Assembly: GCA_963797555.1 (NCBI GenBank)
Contig: CAWCPV010000003.1
Coordinates: forward strand, 256,001 to 320,000
DNA from: an uncultured Gammaproteobacteria bacterium
Lineage (GTDB): Bacteria > Pseudomonadota > Gammaproteobacteria > CAWCPV01
Direction of reading: 5' to 3'
DNA length: 64,000 bases
Program-made: the position numbers and the translations under genes
Shown: positions 1 through 10,823 of the stretch, piece after piece
Layout: each line of letters starts with the position of its first letter
Numbering within the stretch: the stretch's first letter is position 1
The notes under the pieces: generated by a model
What the model was told of the DNA's origin: nothing
The model's input: the letters and a program-made list of their open reading frames with translations, nothing else
The model's database searches: none

Positions 1-1421
1 ATGGCCGCGGGGTGTAGAGGATATTGCGCCCGTCGAAGTTGCCTTCGAAGGTGACGCCGTAATAGGCCGTCACCAGCCGCGCGCGGTCTTTTCCCAGGGC
101 GGCGTCGATGTCGTCTGGGCTCCAGGTGAAAAACCACCCCTCCTCCCGGCGCCCGTTGGGGGTCAGGCTATCGGCGTCGGTGGCCGAGTAGAAGGCGCCG
201 TCCGGCGAGGTCATGTCCCTCGCGACGTACTGGAGCGTCTCTTGGACCACTCGGGCGAAGTCCTCCCGCCCGGTCACCTGGTAGCCCTCCAGGTAGGCGA
301 TGGTGAGAAGCGCGTTGTCGTACAGCATCTTCTCGAAATGGGGCACCCGCCAACGGGCGTCCGTGGAATAGCGGTGGAAGCCGCCGCCGATGTGGTCATA
401 GATGCCACCCGCGGCCATCTTCTCCAGGGTCAGTGTCGCCATGTCCAGGGCGTGTCGATCTCCGGAGCGACGCTGGTAGTGGAGCAGGAACCCGATCGGC
501 AGACTGCTGGGAAACTTCGGCGCTCCGCCCAAACCGCCGTCGGTCGCGTCGAATCGCTCGCCATAGTAGCCGACGGCCCTGCGCAGCACAGCCGCGTCGG
601 GCAGATCCTGAGCGGCAGGCGTCTCGGAGAGCTTGGCTTTCACCAGCTCAGCGATGCGGCTGGCCGAACGGGTCACCCGCTCCGGCTGCTGGTCATAGAT
701 CTCCCTGAGCTTGCGCAACAGAGTCAACAGCCCCACTTGAGCGCCCCGGTCGCCGTCGCGCGCCGGGACGTAGGTCGCGCCGTAGAACGGCTTGCGCTCC
801 GGGTTGAGCCACAGGCTCATGGGCCAGCCACCACCGCCGCTCAGCAATCTGCACCACCTCCATATAGACGGCGTCGAGGTCCGGCCGCTCCTCGCGATCC
901 ACTTTGATGGCGATGTAGTTCTCGTTGAGGTAGCGTGCGATCTCCTCGTCCTCGAAGGACTCCTCCTCCATGACGTGACACCAGTGGCAGGTGGAATAGC
1001 CCACCGAGAGGAAGATGGGACGGCCGAGCTTGCGCGCGGTTTCGAAGGCCTCGTCGCCCCACGGGTACCAGTTCACCGGGTTGTGCGCGTGCTGCAGCAG
1101 GTAGGGGCTCGACTGGAGGAACAACCGGTTGGTGTACTGGGGCAATCCGTCCGGCCGCAGATGGCGCGTGCGCGGCTTGTAGTGCGGGTCGCGGGAGGCC
1201 CAGGCAGCGTCCAGACGCCTGATCAGTCCATCATCGAAGGGCGGCGCCCCGGGAAGCGGTGCGCCGAAGCTCCTGGGCGCGCCGGCGGCGCCCTTGACCG
1301 ACGGACCGGGCTGGCCGGCACTCGACGCGGAAGCCGGGGCGCCCGCAAAAGACAGGGTCACCAGCCAGACCGTGCCCGCAAACAGGGCTCGGCGGGCGGC
1401 GCTGACTGGCGCGGAGAGCAT
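1..1421 (-). CDS. Thioredoxin-domain protein, YyaL/SSP411 (DUF255) family, with signal peptide; runs off the window edge; frameshift near 845
   Basis: [26 protein letters not shown]...[16 protein letters not shown] motif; the frame continues GGWPMSLWL...[13 protein letters not shown] after the shift. Confidence 0.9.
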
Positions 1422-1574
1422 GCGTGGCCTCCTGGGCTGCGTGTCAGCCCTGAACCCGTCAATCCGCAGCAGCCGGGTCGCCGCTCCTCCAGAAGGACCC
1501 CCGCCCTGAGGGCCGCGTCCTCCGGCCGAACGCTCTCCGCCCAGCCAAGCTCCGTCCAAGCCAGGACCGGCGCC

Positions 1575-2169
1575 TCAACTGTTCCGGCCGCACAACCAGC
1601 GCCTCCAAGTCCGAAAGGCCGCAAAGGGGGCGACCACAGCGGTCCCTATCAGAAGGGGCAACAGCCAGCCTAGCCATGCGACGGGACCGAAGAGGTAGGT
1701 CACGTCGTCGAAGTCGAAGCCGTCCGTCCCCCGGATAGGTCTTGACCTTGTCGCGCTGCTCTAGGCGCTCGGCTACCAGCGCGTCGATGGCGAGGGCCGC
1801 GGCGGCCACCAGTCCGAGCGGAAGCGGCCACCATCCCATGGCGGTGTGGCGCAGCCCAACACCGACACCGACGAAGAACAGGGAATTCAGGACGACGTCG
1901 GTGCCATAGTCGTACGCACGCCCGCGCGGACTCGACTGACCTGCGAGCCGGGCCAACTCGCCGTCCGCCCGGTCGAAAAACGCCGACAGCACCCAGAGGA
2001 CACCGACCCAGATCTGCCAGGCTCGGGCGCCGGCGGCGAGGGCTCGCGCAAGCAGCGAGCCCCAACAGCAGCCTGACCGTGGTGAGGTGGTTCGGCGTCA
2101 CCGAGCTGCCGACCAGCGGGCGCACGCACACCCCCCGCGAGCACGATGCGTCCAAGTGTCGTGCGGCAT
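1575..2169 (-). CDS. CDP-alcohol phosphatidyltransferase family protein (several 1-bp frameshifts)
   Basis: TPNHLTTVR and DRADGELAR...G..YDYGTD signature; C-terminus FDFDDVTYLFGPVAWLGW in another frame. Confidence 0.85.
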
Positions 2170-2184
2170 GGCTCGCCGAGCCTC

Positions 2185-3183
2185 TTACAGCATCCCCACA
2201 CCCGGACTCTGGCGCTGCCTGCCCCGCCATAGGCGCTTGCCCTCCAGTACCTGCCACGCAAGCAAGCCGGGCAGTCCCAGCAGAAGCTCCCGGAACCGTT
2301 TGCTCAGCGACACCGCCAATGCTACGTCGGCGGGCAAGCCGTACAACGCGCCGAGCAGCACGTAGCCTCCCTCCTGGACACCGAACGCACCGGGTACCAG
2401 GAACGCGGCGCTCCGCACGGCTTGACCGAGGCTCTCCAGCACCAAAGCCTCTTCAATCCCCACAGGTTGCTCCATGAGGTGCAGGGCGAGCCAGACCTCG
2501 CCGGTCCCAAGGAGCCACGAGCCCAGGTGGTAGGCCGAGGCGGCAGCCACGCGGGCGCGGTTGCAATAGAGGTGTTGGATGGTGTCATGGAGGCTCCCGG
2601 AGTCAGTAAGCCCCATCCAGGGCCACTTATCGGACACTCTTTCGAGCAGGCTCTCCACCAGCCTGAACAAGCCCCAGCGCTGCGCCAGCACAAAGCCCCC
2701 AAGGACCGGCGCGAAAACGAGGACTCCGAGCGCGATCCATTTGACGGTGGCCCCGTCCTGCCCGTCGAGAATGAGCAAGCCCAGCCCGAACAGGGTGAAC
2801 AGAAACTGGGTGAGGGTCTCCACTGTGAGGTCCGCCACCACCCCTGCCGCCGCGACGCTCCCCGGCATCCCCCTTTCGGCCACCAGTCGAGCGCCGACCA
2901 GCTCCCCTCCCACCTGGGCCACAGGCAGCAAACTGTTGACCGCCTCGCGGATCCAGCGGGCTCAGAAGCACTGAACCGTCGGCGCGGCATATGCGTCCGC
3001 GACGAGCGCGTGCCAGGCGAGGGCCGAGAAGAGCATGGGGATGAGATGGAACAGAGCCACCCACGTCAGGCCGAAGCCGGCGACGGCGAGGACGCTGACC
3101 ACGGAGCCGATACCTTGGTAGGCGATGAGCGCCGTCGCAGCCAACAGCCCGGCAAGCGTGCCGAGGGCGATCCCGAGCCTCAC
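2185..3183 (-). CDS. hpnL: HpnL-like lysylphosphatidylglycerol-synthase/flippase-domain membrane protein (frameshift near 2965)
   Basis: WIREAVNSLLPVAQVGGE and AAFLVPGAFGVQEGG motifs; multiple TM segments; hopanoid context. Confidence 0.8.
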
Positions 3184-5900
3184 GTTCCTCCCCCGCCGGG
3201 TCGATCGGTGCGCGCGGGAGGATCCGCCGCCTGCAACTCCCCGGAGAGCCGTCCGCCACGCTCGTCGGCCCGTGCCTGCTTCGCCTCGATCTGGGCCATC
3301 ACCGCCGGCAAGACGACCAGCGTGCAGAACAGGGCGTACGTCAGAGCGAAGGTCACGAGCAGCCCCATGCTGGACATCCCGCGATGGCGCGAGATGGCGA
3401 GCGTCCCGAACGACGCCATGGTGGTCAATCCGCTGAACAGCACCGCCCGAGGGGTGCTGCTGTGGAACAGCTCATCCACGGTCAGGCCGCCGCGCTTGCG
3501 AGTGACCAGGTAGATACCGAAAGCCACACCGATGCCGAGCAGCAAGGGCAGGGCGATGACGTTGGCAAAATTGAGGGGGAGCTTCAGCAGCACCGAGGTC
3601 GCCACGGTCAGAAGCGCCCCCAGAATCAGCGGCAGGAAGACGAGCAGCGCCTGCCCCAGGCTGCCCAGCATGACGGTGAGGAAGATCAGGACCGCGATTA
3701 CCGCCGAAACCGAGGCTTGGGCGCAGGCACCAACCACCACCTTCCCGCCTTCCACCATGGTCACCGGGGCGCCCACGGCGTTCGGGGTAACGGTCTCGAC
3801 GGACGCGACGAACTGCCGCAGCTTCTTGTTGTCCCGCAGGTTTTCCGTGGGGAATACTTGGATGCGCGCCAGCCCATCCGGCGTCAGATATCGCGCCCTA
3901 AGGTCTTGAGGCAAGTCGGCGAGCGTGACTCGGCTGGGGGACAGCAGCTTCTGGAGCCGTTCCAGGTTGCGCGGCAGGTCCGACAGGATAGAGCGCTGCA
4001 GCTCGTTCAGGACCCGAGCGGGCCAGCCCGGCAGCGTCTTGAGACGGTCCAGGGCGCGTGCCAAACGTTGCGCGCTGTCCACGAAAGGGGCGTTGCGGTC
4101 CGAGCTGGTCAGACGGGCGGCTTTGGCAATGAACCCGCCGAGCGACGCGATCTGCTGCTCTTCAGTGGGCGGGCCGAGATGTTCGGGAGGCGCCAGGGCC
4201 GTCTGCAGGAATAGATACGTATCGTCGATGACGCTGAGCTTTCCCTCCTGGCCGCTCGGGACGTAGCTTGCCAGCGTCACCGCCTTATCGACGGTCGGCA
4301 GCCTCTTCAGAGCCGCCGCCAGCTTTTCTGCCGCCTCGAGACTCGGGGCAAGGATGTCGATGGTGTAGGGGGAGGTCTTGGGATCCTCCAACAGGTCGCG
4401 AAACGTGGCCACGGACTCGCTGTTGGGATCCCTGAGGTCGACCGGGTTGAAATCGAAGTTCATGCGCGGCGCCAGGATGGCGATAGCGGTGATCGCCACC
4501 AGCGTACCGGCGAGAATGGCCCGGCGGTGACCTAGCACCCAGTTCCCCAGCGCTTGGAACCCCTTGATGTCCATGGGCCGAGGTTGGAGCCTCACGGGGG
4601 TGAGGGTCAGCAGGGCAGGCAACACGGTAAGGGTCGCGAACAGGGCCACGAACATGCTGACGCCGGCCAGGAAGCCGAGCTGGGCGAGACCCCGGTAGGC
4701 CGTCGGAATGAAGCAGAAGAAGCTGATCGCAGCCGACATGGCGGCGAGCATCAACGCGTCGCAGAGTCCTGCGGCGGCCCGATTGAGCGCCAGCGCATGC
4801 GCATTGCCGTGGGTGCGCTCCTCCCGGTAGCGCATTCCGAACTGGATACCGAAGTCTACCCCCAGACCGATGAACAACACGATGAAGGTCACGGATATGA
4901 GGTTGAGTGCCCCCAGTGCCCAGGTCGCGAAAGCCGCCATCCATACCAGGCCCATGAACAGCGTCGCCAGCAACCACGCCGCCATGCCAAGCGAGCGGAA
5001 GCCCGCGAGCAGCAGCACGCACACCAGGGCGAAGGACAGGAGGGTGGCAGTCTGCGCGCCTTCCGACACGCTGCGCAGCTCGTCCTCGCCCATCGCCACA
5101 GAGCCGGTCAGCCGCACCCGGACCCCATGGGCCTCGTCGAGCTGCAGGTCGAGAGCATCGTGGCGTATGGTCTGCAGCGCCTCGTGCCCGGGCTGCATGC
5201 TCCCGTAGTCCAGACGGGCTTGCACCAGCACGAAGGCTTTGTTGCCGGCCTCCGTGGCCTCCGCCTTACCCAGAATTTCGCCCTGCCAGGAAACGGGGCG
5301 CGGCCGGCCCGCGATAATCCCTCCGACCGTATCCGCGATGCGGTTGAAGATGGTCGTGAGGAGCGACTCGCTGGAAGCGCTGAGCTTCTCCGCGAGCGCG
5401 CGGTCCAGCAGCGAGAACAGGCCTCGCAGGCTGGGATCGCGTGCGACGGTCCCGAGAAACGGCTGCGCTGCGGCCAAGTGGTTGGCGAGGTCGGACAGCT
5501 CGGCCTGGTCCAAGTAGAGCAGCCCGTTGTGCGCAAAGAACGGCCCTCCGCCGGGCTGGTAGACGGAGGGAAACAGCTTCGGGTCCGCCTGGAGCTTCGC
5601 GGTCAGGGCATCCGCCGCATCTTGCGCCTGGTCCGGCGTCTGGCCGTCGATCACGACCACGATCAAGTCGCTGAGCTGAGGGAAGGCTTTGTCGAACTCC
5701 CGCTGCAACTTGCGGAAGGAGAGATTGGGGTCGAGCATGTTCACCGTGTCCGTGTCGAAGGACAGGTGGCTGGCGGTGTAATCGAACAGCAGCGCGGTCC
5801 CTAGGAGCGCCCCAGCAATCACCCAGCCAGCGGCGCGCCTGGAGTTTTCCACCAGCCACATGGGAACGATACTGCAAGCCTCTCTAGCTTCTTTGAACAA
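3180..5900 (-). CDS. hpnN: Hopanoid-associated RND/MMPL transporter HpnN
   Basis: 906 aa; GLGVDFGIQF and LLLGIGVAFGIY TM motifs; two periplasmic domains. Confidence 0.92.
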   Translation of the reverse strand: MFKEAREACSIVPMWLVENSRRAAGWVIAGALLGTALLFDYTASHLSFDTDTVNMLDPNLSFRKLQREFDKAFPQLSDLIVVVIDGQTPDQAQDAADALTAKLQADPKLFPSVYQPGGGPFFAHNGLLYLDQAELSDLANHLAAAQPFLGTVARDPSLRGLFSLLDRALAEKLSASSESLLTTIFNRIADTVGGIIAGRPRPVSWQGEILGKAEATEAGNKAFVLVQARLDYGSMQPGHEALQTIRHDALDLQLDEAHGVRVRLTGSVAMGEDELRSVSEGAQTATLLSFALVCVLLLAGFRSLGMAAWLLATLFMGLVWMAAFATWALGALNLISVTFIVLFIGLGVDFGIQFGMRYREERTHGNAHALALNRAAAGLCDALMLAAMSAAISFFCFIPTAYRGLAQLGFLAGVSMFVALFATLTVLPALLTLTPVRLQPRPMDIKGFQALGNWVLGHRRAILAGTLVAITAIAILAPRMNFDFNPVDLRDPNSESVATFRDLLEDPKTSPYTIDILAPSLEAAEKLAAALKRLPTVDKAVTLASYVPSGQEGKLSVIDDTYLFLQTALAPPEHLGPPTEEQQIASLGGFIAKAARLTSSDRNAPFVDSAQRLARALDRLKTLPGWPARVLNELQRSILSDLPRNLERLQKLLSPSRVTLADLPQDLRARYLTPDGLARIQVFPTENLRDNKKLRQFVASVETVTPNAVGAPVTMVEGGKVVVGACAQASVSAVIAVLIFLTVMLGSLGQALLVFLPLILGALLTVATSVLLKLPLNFANVIALPLLLGIGVAFGIYLVTRKRGGLTVDELFHSSTPRAVLFSGLTTMASFGTLAISRHRGMSSMGLLVTFALTYALFCTLVVLPAVMAQIEAKQARADERGGRLSGELQAADPPARTDRPGGGGT

Positions 5901-6099
5901 GGTCTATCCTCGACGTTTACGACCCTGACGGGCCGGACACCTCATCGCCCGGCGACACCCCGTCTCGTGAGTCCACCGTCCTGACGCGCGCGACACCGCG
6001 CCCCTCAATGCTTGCGGGACAGCAGCCGCGGCGGGCAGTTCTGGCCGACTGTAAGGCGGTTGCGCCCCATTGCGGGCAGGTCCACGACCATGGCGCGAA

Positions 6100-6720
6100 C
6101 TATGTCTCCCGGATCACGTCCTGGAAGGGCGAGACGAACCTGCGGATGTCCGCATCCGTGATGGCACCCATCGTAAACACGCGAAAGATGCGCGCGGCCA
6201 GGGCTCCCTGCCCCGCGTAGACCACGAAACCCCGCGCCTTCATGCCGTCGTGGAGGCGGCCGTAACCGACGTTGTCGAGCAGATGATAGGCGCTCAAAAC
6301 CACGGACGAGTCGGTCTCCGCCAGCAGGGGCCGTGTGCTCAAGACCAAAAGACCGTCTCGAACGAGGTGGACGAGGCGCCGGTAACGGTGTTGACGTTCG
6401 CGCCAGCCCCCCTCCTCGGCCAGCTCCAGAAGGGCCGTCGCCAACGCATAGGAGACGACTTGCACCGACGGGGTGAACGGCATGCTACCGCCGTCTTGTG
6501 CCCGACAGTGGGCGGCGAGGTCGAGGTAAACTGTGCGCCTGACGGGAGCCTCGCCGAACACGGCAGCACCGCGCGCGACCACGAAGGCTGCCCCCGGCAC
6601 TCCATGCAGGCATTTATTGGCTGCCGCGGCGCACGCCGTGATACCCCAGCCGTCGAAGTCGAGCTCCTGTCCTCCAAAGCTGCTCACCGCGTCCACGAGC
6701 AGCCCGATGCCCCGCTTAGC
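6100..6720 (-). pseudogene. 3' half of a class V PLP aminotransferase (2-AEP transaminase PhnW/AepZ-like); 5' half missing
   Basis: LLVDAVSSFGG, ANKCLHGVPG (PLP lysine), PFTPSVQ, GFVVYAGQG; no N-terminal half or credible start codon. Confidence 0.8.
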
Positions 6721-6880
6721 GGCGTTCAGCCTGGACCAACTCCTCCGCACCCTGCAAGCGGAAGATCTCGCCGACGGAGGCGATGCGGTCCTCGACATCA
6801 GCCACGCTGGCCGTGGCGCGGACCTCCCGCGCCGCGGCCGCCATGGCAGAAACGGGGGCACGGATCATGTGTTTCGCCCA
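6716..6880 (-). pseudogene. pepM: C-terminal fragment of phosphoenolpyruvate mutase, fused in frame to the upstream nucleotidyltransferase
   Basis: WAKHMIRAPVSAM...VEDRIASVGEIFRLQGAEELVQAERR resembles the PepM end (WANHxxRA...VEDRIAxVxEIFRLQ); recalled consensus, not searched. Confidence 0.65.
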
Positions 6881-7237
6881 GAGCCGCTCCATCAGCCGGT
6901 AATCGTAGAGGACGTCGGCATCCATGAGAACCACATCCGCGCCGCCGGTCAGAATCTGGCGCGCGGTCCACAGGCTGACCATGCTGCCCCGCGCATAGTC
7001 CGGGTTGTACAGGGTACGAACCCTGGACGGGGTTCCGAGGTGCTGGATTTCGGACATGACCTGCTCTGCCTCATAACCGACGGCGATCGTCACTTCGTGC
7101 ACCCCGCAGTGACGTAGGATGTCCAGATGACGCTGCAACAGCGTGTCTCCGCCGAAACGCAGCAGACACTTCGGAACCGCTTTGGCCATGGTCCCTAGCC
7201 GGCGCCCCCTTCCCGCGGCCAGAATCAGAGCCTCCAC
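6881..7237 (-). pseudogene. N-terminal about 119 aa of a phosphocholine/phosphonate cytidylyltransferase (LicC/PntC-like)
   Basis: ALILAAGRGRRL, PKCLL, LMDADVLY; GTG start with purine-rich RBS; family similarity stops after the DAD motif. Confidence 0.8.
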
Positions 7238-7361
7238 GGTCGTCCTTCCCTCGTGCCCTCAGACGGGGCCCGACAACGGCCTCCGAACCCTGCGCGCCAC
7301 ACTATACCAGACCTGTGGCCCCGCTATCGGCGGCGTCCCGGCCGTGTGACCTCGCAGGCTC

Positions 7362-8354
7362 TTATTCACAGTAGCCGTGACTGCGGAACCACTGCACCGC
7401 ATCCCTCAGCCCCTCGGCCGGGGGCCGAGGATGAAACCCCAGCGCGCTCGCCGCCTTTTCCACGCTGAAAAACATGCGCTTGCGGGAAAGCCGCACGCCT
7501 TCGACCGTGGCAAGGGGCTCGCCGCCACCGGACAGCCACGCCCACGCCTGAGCCACGTACGCCACCGGCAAGACGAGCTGGTGGGGTAGCCTCAGCCGCG
7601 GGGGCCGACGTCCAGAGATGCGCGCCAGCTCCGATAGGATCTCCCGCAGGGTGAGGTTCTCGCCCCCGAGAATGTAGCCCTCGCCTATCCTACCCCGTTC
7701 GAAGGCAAGCCGATGGCCGACGGCCACGTCGTCCACATGCACCAAGTTGAGGCCGGTATCCACATACACCGGCATCCGCCCGCTAACCGCCTCGACGATC
7801 ATGCGGCCGGTGGGCGTCGGTCTGATGTCGCGGGGGCCGACCGGGGTCGAGGGATAGACGATCACGGCGGGCAGACCCTGTTCCCTGACCAGCCGCCGAA
7901 CCTCCGCCTCGGCCATGAACTTCGAGCGCTTGTAGTGGCCTACCATGTCCGCCAGCGTCACCGGCGTGCCTTCGTCGGCGGGGGTCCCGTCCGCAGTCAG
8001 CCCAAGCGTGGCCACGCTACTGGTGTAGACGACCCTCGGGACGCCCGCCGCGAGGGCGGCGAGCATGATGTTGCCCGTGCCCTCGACGTTGCTGCGGTAG
8101 ATGACCCGCGGGTCTCTCGCCCACAGCCGATAATCCGCGGCCACATGGAACAGGGCCTCGCAGCCCTGCAGGGCGCGGGTCAGGGAGGGCGGGTCCGCGA
8201 GGTCGCCCAAGATGCTCTCGATGCCCAGTCCCTCCAAGTTGCGGCGGTCACTGGTTGGTCTGAGCAGCGCGCGCACGTCGTGGCCCGCCTGCAGGAGTTC
8301 CCGCGTGACAGCGGAGCCGACAAATCCGGATGCGCCGGTGACCAGAGTCTTCAC
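7362..8354 (-). CDS. hpnA: Hopanoid-associated sugar epimerase HpnA
   Basis: VTGASGFVG, FHVAADYRLW, YKRSK, TPVGPRDIRPTPTG. Confidence 0.92.
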   Translation of the reverse strand: MKTLVTGASGFVGSAVTRELLQAGHDVRALLRPTSDRRNLEGLGIESILGDLADPPSLTRALQGCEALFHVAADYRLWARDPRVIYRSNVEGTGNIMLAALAAGVPRVVYTSSVATLGLTADGTPADEGTPVTLADMVGHYKRSKFMAEAEVRRLVREQGLPAVIVYPSTPVGPRDIRPTPTGRMIVEAVSGRMPVYVDTGLNLVHVDDVAVGHRLAFERGRIGEGYILGGENLTLREILSELARISGRRPPRLRLPHQLVLPVAYVAQAWAWLSGGGEPLATVEGVRLSRKRMFFSVEKAASALGFHPRPPAEGLRDAVQWFRSHGYCE

Positions 8355-8981
8355 GCACAGGGTTCCGTAAGGGTGATGCCGAACAGCGTGCCGCGGTGTC
8401 GAGACGCTGCCCGCATGGGGGGCGATCTGGGAGACGCCCGTTCTCGTGACCACGCAACAGCCCCGCACACCCATGCCGCCCACCGCCGTCTTGGGGCTAA
8501 TCGTCCGGCGCCTGGGCCTCGGGACCTCAGGGCAGACGTGGTGGGCCCAGGTCGGAACACCCCTCTTCCAACATCCATTAGCGAGCAATCAAATCAACAG
8601 TGTCACCGGCCTGACCGTCCGATGCGAGCACGATCCTACGGGATCTCGTTCGAGCCCTCGCCGGGACACCCGGAAGGCGGACACGCTTGGCGAGCGGCAG
8701 CGGCGGGGCCGAACAAAATACCCGGCGCCGGTAACCGCCCTCTGGGCTGCCGTGCGCGCAGTCTCGCCGCGGCTCGCCAGAATCAGCGGCCCCGCGAAGC
8801 GATGACGCCACTTGCGAGCAGCCAAGCCCCCAATCCCCGGCCAGTCCCATTGCTTACTTCACGTCGCTGGACCCCTGATAGCGAGGACTCGCGTGGGCAG
8901 GACCGAAGACGGAACGGACTACGGGCGGCCGGCTCCACTCGACGCCCCCCGCCTCTGGGAGCGTGGCATCGACCGTCGGCG

Positions 8982-10421
8982 TCACACCGATTTCGCCGCC
9001 GGGCGGTTCTGGCGGGCGGCGAGGAAGCGGAAGAACTCGACACCTTCACGCAGACGCCGCTTGAGCATCTGCGGGCTGCGTACCATCTCCGAGGTCAGCT
9101 CCGCCATCTTCTTCGGCCGGAAGTAGAAACGCCGGTAGAACGTGTCCACGGCCTCGAAGATCTCCTCATGGGAGAGGTGCGGATAGCTCAGCGAACTCAC
9201 CTGCAGTCCGTCGTTCGCTACCAGGCGGCCACCGTCGTCTACCAACCAGCCATTCTCCTGGGCCTGCCTGTAGAGGGTCGTGCCGGGATAGGCGGCGGCC
9301 AGCGATACCTGGATGGTGTGCGGATTGATCTCCTTGGCGAAGCGGATGGTCTCCTCGATGGTTTCGCGCGTCTCGCCCGGCAGCCCGACGATAAAGGTCC
9401 CGTGAATGGTGATGCCGAGCTTGCGGCAGTCTTCCGTGAAACGGCGCGCCATCTCCACCCGCATCCCCTTCTTGATATTGAAGAGAATCTGTTGGCTGCC
9501 CGTCTCGTAGCCCACCAGCAGGAGCCGCAGGCCGTTGTCTTTCATGATCTTGAGCGTTTCGTAAGGGACGTTGGCCTTGGCATTGCAGGACCAAGTCACC
9601 CCGAGATCCCCCAGCAGCCGGGCCGTAGCCTCGGTGCGCGGTAAGTTGTCGGTGAAGGTGTCGTCGTCGAAGAAGTACTCCTTCACCTGCGGGAAGTAGC
9701 TCGACGCCGTCGCGATCTCCCGGGCCACCACCTCCGGGCTACGCGTGCGGTAATGGTGCCCCCCGATGGTCTGGGGCCACAGACAGAAAGTACAGCGTGA
9801 CTTGCAGCCCCTGCCCGTATACAGGGACACGTAGGGGTGCAGGAGATAGCCGATGAAGTAGTCCTCGATGACCAGGTCGCGCTTGTACACCTCGATGACG
9901 GACGGGAGCCGGTCCATGTCTTCGATGATGGCGCGCTCGCGGTTGTGTCGGAGGCGTCCGTCGACCCGGTAGCTGATCCCATCGACCGCGTCGAGCGGCC
10001 GTCCCGCTGCGATGTCCTGAATCGTGTAGTCGAATTCGCTGCGGGCCACGAAGTCGATTGCGCAGGATGCCGCCAGCGAGGGCTCGGGTGACACCGCCAC
10101 GTGGGCGCCGACGAGTCCGAGCAGCAGTTTCGGGTTGACGTCCTTCAAGGCTTCCGCAACCTTGACGTCGGAGGCGAAGGATGCCGTGCTGGTGTGGAGC
10201 ACCGCCAACTCGTGCTCGGGGGCGAGCCGCAGGATGTCTTCCAGGCCCAGCCCGCGGGCCGGTGCGTCGATGAGGCGGCTCTCGGGCACCAAAGCCGCCG
10301 GCTGCGCCAGCCAGGTGGGATACCAGAAGGATCGAATCTCGCGGCGCGCCTGGTAACGGGATCCCGCACCTCCGTCGAACCCTTCGAAAGAAGGGGGGTT
10401 CAAGAATAAGGTCTTCATCAT
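8982..10421 (-). CDS. hpnJ: Hopanoid radical SAM protein HpnJ
   Basis: KTLFLNPPSFEGFDGGAGSRYQA N-terminus; CKSRCTFC SAM motif. Confidence 0.93.
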   Translation of the reverse strand: MMKTLFLNPPSFEGFDGGAGSRYQARREIRSFWYPTWLAQPAALVPESRLIDAPARGLGLEDILRLAPEHELAVLHTSTASFASDVKVAEALKDVNPKLLLGLVGAHVAVSPEPSLAASCAIDFVARSEFDYTIQDIAAGRPLDAVDGISYRVDGRLRHNRERAIIEDMDRLPSVIEVYKRDLVIEDYFIGYLLHPYVSLYTGRGCKSRCTFCLWPQTIGGHHYRTRSPEVVAREIATASSYFPQVKEYFFDDDTFTDNLPRTEATARLLGDLGVTWSCNAKANVPYETLKIMKDNGLRLLLVGYETGSQQILFNIKKGMRVEMARRFTEDCRKLGITIHGTFIVGLPGETRETIEETIRFAKEINPHTIQVSLAAAYPGTTLYRQAQENGWLVDDGGRLVANDGLQVSSLSYPHLSHEEIFEAVDTFYRRFYFRPKKMAELTSEMVRSPQMLKRRLREGVEFFRFLAARQNRPAAKSV

Positions 10422-10480
10422 GGACCGGATGCTCCTCTCTAGAACCGGCGCGTCCAGCGACGACCGGTCCGCATAGCGAG

Positions 10481-10823
10481 TCAGACGCGGAATACGTAGT
10501 GTTTTCCGGGCTCGCGCTCGCAGTCAGGGGGATAGCTCTTACGCTTATCCGCGTAATACTGCACGCGGTGGTCACCTTCGGACAGCCGGTTGTAGGTCAC
10601 GTACAACCCACGTCGCGCTTGGGCGGTAAGATTCGGGCCGGAGCGGGCTCTCCTCGAAATACATCATGTACTTCCCCGGCACCTCGGGATAACTCGCCAC
10701 CTCCTCGGTCCATGTGGAAAGGCAAGTCACTTCCCGCGGACCGTAAAGGCCGCACACTACCACATAGCCGTCCCGCATAAAGTCGCCGACCTGCGACGAC
10801 GCAAGCACCCGTTTCTCATTCAT
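10481..10823 (-). pseudogene. PhyH/PhnY-like Fe(II)/2OG dioxygenase with a large internal deletion
   Basis: N-terminus DFMRDGYVVV...GKYMMYFEE joined out of frame to C-terminus SGPNLT..RRGLYVTYNRLSEGDHRVQYYADKRKSYPPD; HxD core absent. Confidence 0.75.

Noticed and set aside
8355-8981. hpnK remnant or structured RNA in the 0.6-kb gap
   Set aside because: No recognisable motif or convincing stem found by eye.
7713-9644. 643-aa plus-strand ORF and many similar long ORFs
   Set aside because: Antisense shadows of well-supported genes, expected in high-GC DNA.
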